This document shows, piece by piece, positions 33,063-38,175 of a stretch of 38,175 nucleotides of DNA (position 1 is its first letter; the number at the start of each line of letters is the position of its first letter). Location of the stretch: the IMG/VR virus record IMGVR_UViG_3300005573_000026, positions 1 through 38,175 of that record, one strand, 5' to 3'. The translations under genes and the position numbers were made by a program. Origin of the DNA: a virus. The notes beneath the pieces were generated by a model that made no database searches, was not told the origin of the DNA, and worked only from the letters and a program-made list of their open reading frames with translations.

Positions 33063-33338
33063 TTATCTCCAATCTTCTTCAAATTGGCTCAAATCAACTT
33101 TAGTTTCTGTCGGAGAGCCTCTTTCAATTTCTTCTTTAGCTTGCTCAACAATCTGTTCTTTAGCTGCAGTAGAGATTTCTAAATCTTTTTTCCAAGCGTC
33201 CTTGTAGTATTTGAATTCACCTAATGATTTAGCCATCAAACGATCTAAAAGCCTTTCAATTCGCCGTTCATACCAAATATGCTGCCCAATGAGCAGCGCA
33301 AGAAAAATACAAGCAAAAATATTAATAAGCATCATCAA
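33063..33338 (-). CDS. Small membrane protein (91 aa)
   Basis: An N-terminal hydrophobic helix (LINIFACIFLALLIG) is followed by a charged helical region. Confidence 0.45.
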   Translation of the reverse strand: MMMLINIFACIFLALLIGQHIWYERRIERLLDRLMAKSLGEFKYYKDAWKKDLEISTAAKEQIVEQAKEEIERGSPTETKVDLSQFEEDWR

Positions 33339-34935
33339 AAACTCCTAATGCTTCTTGATAACCTCGGCAGGCTTCTTCCCAATCCTGCTCAAGCATTCTT
33401 TCTTCAGATGTTTTTGGTGGTTCGAGGTCTTTTAATTCAACCTCAAAATCAGGAAATTGAACAACATCTAAAATATAAGCAAAAGCATCTAAAATATCGT
33501 CTCGTTCAGTTTTCCCAAACTGCTGTAATTCTTCATAAAGTTGATTCATTCCAGATGGGGCGAAATAAACTCGACCACCTTCTATCCAACCTGAAAGATT
33601 TATAATTCTCAATTTTTTAGGCCTATTTTTATGCCTCAATTCTACAAGGCGATAAGGAATCAAAGAGGCATATCTTTTTTTATTTTGTGCTACTCTACCC
33701 TGCTTAATCCACTGGGGAATAATGAAGCTAATTAAATCCCTAAAAGCAGAAAATCTAAATTCCTCAATGCAGATAAAATCTGGCTCATAAATTAATGCAA
33801 TTTCGATAATTCTTTCCGCAGCTTTTGCATCAGTTAGCTTTGACCGCTCAGCAAAGCGAACATAAAGATTTTTATCGCTTCCAGCATCAACTACAACCAT
33901 ACCCATATAATCGCTTTGTTTACTTTCTTTTCCCATTGGGTCAACCATTAAATAAGTTATCTTTGATGCAGGAAGCATATCAACATGATAAGTTTTAAAC
34001 CAATTTGCTTGAAATCCACGCTCGCTGGATAAAAATGGGTCATTTTCATACTGCCCACTAAAATGCTCACCAAGTTCAATTTGAAGCTGCTTGAGCTTCG
34101 ATTCAGGAAAAAGATTGGGAAAAGTAGAGCCTGCTTTAGTTAATGGGTCGGCCCAACAAGAAAAACGGAGATAATGATAATGCCCATTATGATATTCAAC
34201 CACAGGTTTCTCTTTGTCTCTATCTTGTTGAGCTAAATCAAGATTAAAGAATGTTTTTAAAAGATAGCCATATAAATCATCAACAGCCCAGCGAGTTCCA
34301 ATGATAATTTCGATACCATTTGATTCAAGCAAGGCTTGAGCCAGTTTCCACCATTCAATAACTTTAGCAATCTGCTCAGGTGTTCTTGAATTTTCTAAGT
34401 TAACTAAATCATCCTCAATATGAATTGTATAGTGCCGTGAAACCAAGTTTCCTTCAACTGAACCAACCTCAATTCGATTTCCAGCAATTTCAACTTCATC
34501 CATTGTCCATCGAGGAAAGCCTGTTTCAGGATTTTCTGGAATAATATCAGAAAAAATTGTTTTTAAAAGTGAATTATGCGCTAAATTATCTTTAATCCGC
34601 TTTAAAAACATTTGAGCATTGCTTAAAGTTGCATTGGAAATTAAAATTGCATCTCGTTTACCTTCAACAGCGTTTTTTAAAACTCGCTGAAGAAGCCAAC
34701 CAAGTGTAATAATATAACTTTTAATCCAGCCTCTTGGACAAAGAATTAGAAGCTTGTGACCAGGTTGAGCATAGGTTGAAACAAACTCAGCAATCTTTCC
34801 ATGAGTCGGTTTATATAAATCTTTGAATCCTGGCTTTGGATTTTCTAAAGTTGAAAGAACTACCCGACAAAAGAAATATAAATCATTCAGACATTTGTCT
34901 CGCCACCAGTTTAAATCACTAAGAGCATTATTCAT
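33322..34935 (-). CDS. terL: Terminase large subunit
   Basis: Walker A-like LILCPRGWIKSY, Walker B-like IHIEDD, and C-terminal nuclease-type acidic motifs (MVDPMG, DDILDAFAY) are present. Confidence 0.85.
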   Translation of the reverse strand: MNNALSDLNWWRDKCLNDLYFFCRVVLSTLENPKPGFKDLYKPTHGKIAEFVSTYAQPGHKLLILCPRGWIKSYIITLGWLLQRVLKNAVEGKRDAILISNATLSNAQMFLKRIKDNLAHNSLLKTIFSDIIPENPETGFPRWTMDEVEIAGNRIEVGSVEGNLVSRHYTIHIEDDLVNLENSRTPEQIAKVIEWWKLAQALLESNGIEIIIGTRWAVDDLYGYLLKTFFNLDLAQQDRDKEKPVVEYHNGHYHYLRFSCWADPLTKAGSTFPNLFPESKLKQLQIELGEHFSGQYENDPFLSSERGFQANWFKTYHVDMLPASKITYLMVDPMGKESKQSDYMGMVVVDAGSDKNLYVRFAERSKLTDAKAAERIIEIALIYEPDFICIEEFRFSAFRDLISFIIPQWIKQGRVAQNKKRYASLIPYRLVELRHKNRPKKLRIINLSGWIEGGRVYFAPSGMNQLYEELQQFGKTERDDILDAFAYILDVVQFPDFEVELKDLEPPKTSEERMLEQDWEEACRGYQEALGVFDDAY

Positions 34936-35224
34936 TTTCTTCTTCTTCAGTTTTCTTCTTTTTCTTCTTTAAAATTTCTTTCCAGTTTACTGCATCCTTT
35001 CCAAAAACTTCGCTAATAGCTTTCTTAATTACTTTCAAAAATTCCTCTTTTGTTGGCCCTTTTGTAGCTTCACTTGTAGCAGGCTTTTTAAATCGTTTTT
35101 CCTGAGGATATAATGATTCAACCAGACCAGTAATTGCAGCCTCTTCATTCAGCTCTTCAAGCCGCTGACCAAGAGGCCCTTTTTTAATCTTTTTTTCCTT
35201 CGATTGCTTTTCCTGATTGGTCAT
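34928..35224 (-). CDS. Hypothetical K/E-rich protein (98 aa)
   Basis: The ORF lies between TerS and TerL and overlaps both neighbours. Confidence 0.45.
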   Translation of the reverse strand: MTNQEKQSKEKKIKKGPLGQRLEELNEEAAITGLVESLYPQEKRFKKPATSEATKGPTKEEFLKVIKKAISEVFGKDAVNWKEILKKKKKKTEEEENE

Positions 35225-35696
35225 TTTTTGTTAGCTCCAAAACTTCATGTGGGGCAATTGCCCCAGCATCAATTAAAGCCTTTATCATATCAGCATCAAT
35301 AACTACAGTTAAAGATTTGCTTACTTCCTCTCTTTTCTCAGGCGCATAATCACCACGAATTTTTAAGACCTTATCTAGATAAAGGCTTCTAACATAATAA
35401 TCAGGATGTTCTTCTTGAACAACCACTCCCTTAGGTGAACGCCTTTCAGGAAGTGTCGCTTCTAAGCCTTCTCTAATTTTAGCTACAATTTTTTCGTCTG
35501 TGATTCCCTGGCGCTCTAACTCCATGAGGATAGCCTGTTGAATCTTTGGCTTGGAAAGAAGGACCGAACCATAATTCGGATGCGGATAACCAGCTTCTCT
35601 CGCAGCCTGGCAGACTTTAGGGTCTTTAATATAATTTTTGACAAACTTTTTTTCTCGCTTGTTCAAAACAGGCAAATTCTTTTTATGTCCAGCCAT
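35184..35696 (-). CDS. terS: Terminase small subunit (Terminase_2-like)
   Basis: REKKFVKNYIKDPKVCQAAREAGYPHPNYGSVLLSKPKIQQAI matches the TerS HTH pattern. Confidence 0.75.
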   Translation of the reverse strand: MAGHKKNLPVLNKREKKFVKNYIKDPKVCQAAREAGYPHPNYGSVLLSKPKIQQAILMELERQGITDEKIVAKIREGLEATLPERRSPKGVVVQEEHPDYYVRSLYLDKVLKIRGDYAPEKREEVSKSLTVVIDADMIKALIDAGAIAPHEVLELTKNDQSGKAIEGKKD

Positions 35697-35728
35697 AGGA
35701 GATTAAGAAATAGCCACAAACTTATCCA

Positions 35729-36457
35729 TTATTTTACCAGGGAAAAAATTAATGCTCCTCCAAGAGCATACAAGCCAAAACGATACCATCGGCTTTTAGC
35801 CTGTTCTCGTTTAAGCACAGAATAAACATCGGCTAAAGAACGATTGGCTTCAGCTAATTTTTGAAGGCTCTGTTCTGCTTGAGTTTGCCAGCTAACTCTT
35901 AAACCATATTCTTCATTAGCTTTTTCTTCCCATTTAAGCCGTAATTCATGCTCAAGATTGTATTGCTCAGACAAAGAGAAAATAATTGAATCTTTTGCTT
36001 CAATCTCTTTTTGAGCTAAGGAGAATTTCCTTACCCAAATATCCCGCTGTTGCTTAATATTCAGAAGCTGGTCTTGACAGGTTCCCTCGTTTTCTCTGGC
36101 AATTAAATTTTTCAACTGATCATCTAACTGCAAAATATCTTTGCGTAAAGATGCAATTTCAGCGTTCTTGAGGTTAATGATATTATCTAATTCAGCAATT
36201 CTTTTGGCATATTCAGCATTGGCTTGCTGAAGTTCTATTAGCTTTTTCGTTGCTTCATAATTCCGCTTTTTTAAATCCTTATATTTTGCAGATAAACTAT
36301 TATAGCTCTCAACTAATTCTTTAATTTGATTGCTTAGCAACTGCTTAACCTGTATTTGCTTAGTCAAATAAATTTGAGAAGTTATGGAAAAAGCAAGAAG
36401 AAAAACAACAATAAAAATCGAAGCTGAATTAAAAAAGTCCTTTAATTTCTGAATCAT
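35729..36457 (-). CDS. Coiled-coil protein with hydrophobic helices at both termini (242 aa)
   Basis: The N-terminus is IFIVVFLLAFSITSQIYL and the C-terminus is FGLYALGGALIFSLV. A long heptad-like middle lies between them. The start overlaps the previous stop as ATGA. Confidence 0.55.
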   Translation of the reverse strand: MIQKLKDFFNSASIFIVVFLLAFSITSQIYLTKQIQVKQLLSNQIKELVESYNSLSAKYKDLKKRNYEATKKLIELQQANAEYAKRIAELDNIINLKNAEIASLRKDILQLDDQLKNLIARENEGTCQDQLLNIKQQRDIWVRKFSLAQKEIEAKDSIIFSLSEQYNLEHELRLKWEEKANEEYGLRVSWQTQAEQSLQKLAEANRSLADVYSVLKREQAKSRWYRFGLYALGGALIFSLVK

Positions 36458-36921
36458 CTTTTGAGCTCTTTTACTTCACCAAAAGGCTGGATAAATAAAA
36501 GAAAATGCCCTTGAAAGCCAGTTCGAACGAAAGCATAATAAGTATTAATATCAGTAGTGGAAAATCTTGGATAGCCATAATGATTGTGAATAATAATGAC
36601 AGCATCTTTAATTGGATGATTGTCTCGTTTCAAAGCATCCATTAAAGCATATTTATCTCCATTAACCCGTATAGCTTCATTACTAGTGATATGGTATAAT
36701 GTGCCATCAAGATAAAGAAGATAAAGATGTTCAACCTGGTCTCTAAATAGGTTATTCCAAAGATTCATTTTTTCTATTCTGACCTCAGTTTCTAAATCAG
36801 CATAATTAGGCAATAATTGATCAAATACTTCACTTGATTGGTCAACTGGTAAAGAGGTTGCAAGAAATAAGAAGCCAAGAATAATTGTTATGCCTGCAAA
36901 GGCTACAATAAAACGCTTCAT
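36454..36921 (-). CDS. RadC-like JAB/MPN-domain protein with an N-terminal signal/anchor
   Basis: EHLYLLYLDG and IIIHNHYGYPRFSTTD fit an E...HxH...S..D JAMM-like pattern. The N-terminus is MKRFIVAFAGITIILGFLFLATS. Confidence 0.5.
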   Translation of the reverse strand: MKRFIVAFAGITIILGFLFLATSLPVDQSSEVFDQLLPNYADLETEVRIEKMNLWNNLFRDQVEHLYLLYLDGTLYHITSNEAIRVNGDKYALMDALKRDNHPIKDAVIIIHNHYGYPRFSTTDINTYYAFVRTGFQGHFLLFIQPFGEVKELKR

Positions 36922-37172
36922 TGTTTTGCTCTTATATATTTAATGCCAAAAAATGTGGCCACTGCTTCTCCAAAAACATAAGAAATAAACATATCGGGTC
37001 GCTTTAATTCAATCAAAGCTAAAAGCATGACTAAATCTTGAAGCCCAATGCCAACAGTGGCTAATGCCCCAGGCAAGGGCTTAATTTTAATGATTGCATG
37101 CTGATAACGAATCACTAAAAATTCTCTGCATAAACCCAGCAAAAAACTTATGCCAAGAAATAGAATTTTCAT
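36918..37172 (-). CDS. Small integral membrane protein (84 aa)
   Basis: Several hydrophobic segments are present. ATGA overlaps occur on both sides. Confidence 0.5.
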   Translation of the reverse strand: MKILFLGISFLLGLCREFLVIRYQHAIIKIKPLPGALATVGIGLQDLVMLLALIELKRPDMFISYVFGEAVATFFGIKYIRAKQ

Positions 37173-37471
37173 AACTTTGTTCTGGCTTCAATTGCATAAC
37201 CTACACTAATTTCCCAGTCTCCATCATAAGAAGCCTGGATATAAAACTTATCCAAAGTTAAAACTGGTGAATCTGTTTTCGCCCATTCTTCCAGAAGCCT
37301 AAGCAGGATATGCTCAATGGACATCTGGTCCAGAATTCTGGCCTCGCCTCCGATATTGGCCATAATTGGGGCGTAGGCAAAAAGCAGGCCAATATTCCTG
37401 GCCAGTTCAGGAATCTTGGGCCTAACAGCCTCAACCAGTTTTTGCTTTATTTCTTTAGTAAGCTTAGCCAT
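37169..37471 (-). CDS. Hypothetical protein (100 aa)
   Basis: The start is moved to the ATG at 37471 (MAKLTKEIK). The upstream 15 codons of the tracked ORF overlap the promoter. Confidence 0.55.
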   Translation of the reverse strand: MAKLTKEIKQKLVEAVRPKIPELARNIGLLFAYAPIMANIGGEARILDQMSIEHILLRLLEEWAKTDSPVLTLDKFYIQASYDGDWEISVGYAIEARTKL

Positions 37472-37487
37472 TTTTCGCTCTATATAT

Positions 37488-37516
37488 ATTATAGCACATT
37501 TTGAAGAAAAAGTCAA
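37488..37516 (-). promoter_or_regulatory. Sigma70-type promoter for the late/leftward operon
   Basis: On the minus strand: TTGACT (37516..37511), 17-nt spacer ending in TGC, TATAAT (37493..37488). The ATG at 37471 lies only 16 nt after the -10 and has no SD. Confidence 0.7.
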
Positions 37517-37579
37517 GTGTTTTTTTAAAATTTTTTAAAAATTTTTATTTTTCCCCTGAAAATAGCCTGATATATCAGC

Positions 37580-38175
37580 CTAAGGAAGCTGTAATTTTAG
37601 CACTTTTCTGGCAAAATCAGCAATTTTTATCCAATCATTCTCTAATGGCCAGAAATAAGCCACACGCCCTTCAATAAAGCGAGCAGCATTAATATCAAAG
37701 CCTTCAGCCAGACGCCAGTTCATTCCATCCCAGGCAAAGCAGAATCGAATCACCTTTGCTCCATTTTGCCAGTCAACATATTCCCAAACTTGATAAACAT
37801 TACCCTCAATATCCATGCGTTGGGTAGGCAGCAGTTCTCCTCGTTCTTCAATGATCTGAGAGGCAGTAATATAGTAAACAGAATCAGGATTTCCACATTG
37901 AAGAAGTAATCGAGCTTTAACTCCTTCTAAAATCTCATTATGGTTGCGCTTTAGAAATTCTCTGACTAAAGCTTTTCTCTCTTCAAAGTCTGGGGCCAGT
38001 TCATCTCTAACCTGCCAGAAAATTTTTTCAATATATTCTTTCTGTGCTTCAGGTGGAAATCTTAAGAAAAGGTCTTTTTCAGTCTTGAATTTTTTAGGCA
38101 ATCCCGTCCAGGGAGGAATGGGAGCATCCATAATGTATTTGTGCCAGGCATACCATTCTTTTATTTCTGGAGTTA
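37580..38175 (-). CDS. 3' part of the junction-spanning gene (same gene as 1..197), a secreted or lipoprotein-like protein of unknown function
   Basis: The frame stays open to the window edge. The tracked Met at 38131 is internal once the circle is closed. Confidence 0.7.
   Translation of the reverse strand, partial: TPEIKEWYAWHKYIMDAPIPPWTGLPKKFKTEKDLFLRFPPEAQKEYIEKIFWQVRDELAPDFEERKALVREFLKRNHNEILEGVKARLLLQCGNPDSVYYITASQIIEERGELLPTQRMDIEGNVYQVWEYVDWQNGAKVIRFCFAWDGMNWRLAEGFDINAARFIEGRVAYFWPLENDWIKIADFARKVLKLQLP
38055..38175. repeat. Terminal direct repeat, right copy (identical to 1..121)
   Basis: 121 of 121 nt are identical to the window start. Confidence 0.97.

Noticed and set aside
1192-37504. 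Short antisense or overlapping ORFs nested in longer genes. Examples: 1192..1419, 4604..4882, 4690..4911, 5117..5431, 5161..5460, 5283..5516, 5618..5818, 6899..7105, 7310..7510 and 11846..12157. Further examples: 12551..12763, 13649..13843, 15165..15389, 16950..17135, 19505..19756, 20273..20461, 20605..20811, 22017..22238, 23384..23566 and 24807..24992. The remainder: 25405..25635, 27826..28065, 28315..28500, 29485..29670, 30154..30542, 30803..31015, 31130..31330, 32443..32682, 33279..33605, 35538..35825 and 37310..37504.
   Set aside because: They are shadow frames of well-supported genes. They have no RBS, their composition is low-complexity or biased, and they break the tight operon structure.
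37561-37582. The CTGATATATCAG palindrome after the junction-spanning gene as a terminator
   Set aside because: As RNA it gives only a 4-5-bp AU-rich stem with a minimal loop and a poor T-tract. It may be an operator next to the 37516 promoter, but the evidence is too thin to call.
1-38175. A temperate lifestyle or attP site, suggested by the ImmA-like peptidases, a tRNA-like sequence and a host gene fragment
   Set aside because: No integrase, recombinase, excisionase, CI/Cro-like HTH repressor or partition gene is recognisable in any frame.

Overview
The first 121 nt of the window are identical to the last 121 nt. The window is therefore one complete, circularly closed or terminally redundant unit of 38,054 bp. 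It is an AT-rich dsDNA phage genome with a podovirus/T7-like gene order. No phage RNA polymerase, integrase or repressor is recognisable.

There are three transcription blocks:
(1) A rightward early/replication operon (about 4.5-14.8 kb). It encodes small early proteins, a Cas4-like PD-(D/E)xK nuclease, a PrimPol-helicase fusion and a DEDD-type exonuclease. It also encodes an M15 peptidase, a DUF4406-like protein, a MazG-like protein, RusA, a glycosidase-like protein and a family A DNA polymerase.
(2) A very long leftward late operon, running from about 232 across the circular junction down to 14.8 kb. In order it encodes a small membrane/exported-protein cassette, TerS, TerL, portal, scaffold and major capsid. 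These are followed by adaptor/nozzle-like proteins, two tail fibres, internal virion proteins including a 1568-aa giant, and holin-like genes.
(3) A short leftward accessory operon (3966 to 1139) with two paralogous HExxH peptidases and two unknown proteins.

The most unusual content is non-coding:
- A roughly 180-nt, about 70% G+C structured RNA lies between a perfect sigma70-type promoter and an intrinsic terminator. It has a tRNA-like T-arm/acceptor end and sits directly in front of the peptidase operon.
- A promoterless, start-less fragment of a DNA gyrase A gene is bracketed by 30-nt direct repeats. One repeat carries, on the antisense strand, a 13-nt copy of the early promoter -10 region.
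- A 2 x 50-bp GC-box tandem repeat lies next to phased A/T tracts.
- A dense iteron/palindrome field is present.
- Paired G-runs occur in both large intergenic regions.
- At least five near-consensus TTGACA-17-TATAAT promoters carry a conserved TGC extended -10. One of them abuts an ATG, which implies a leaderless mRNA.

All functional calls are motif-level readings by eye. No database search was possible.
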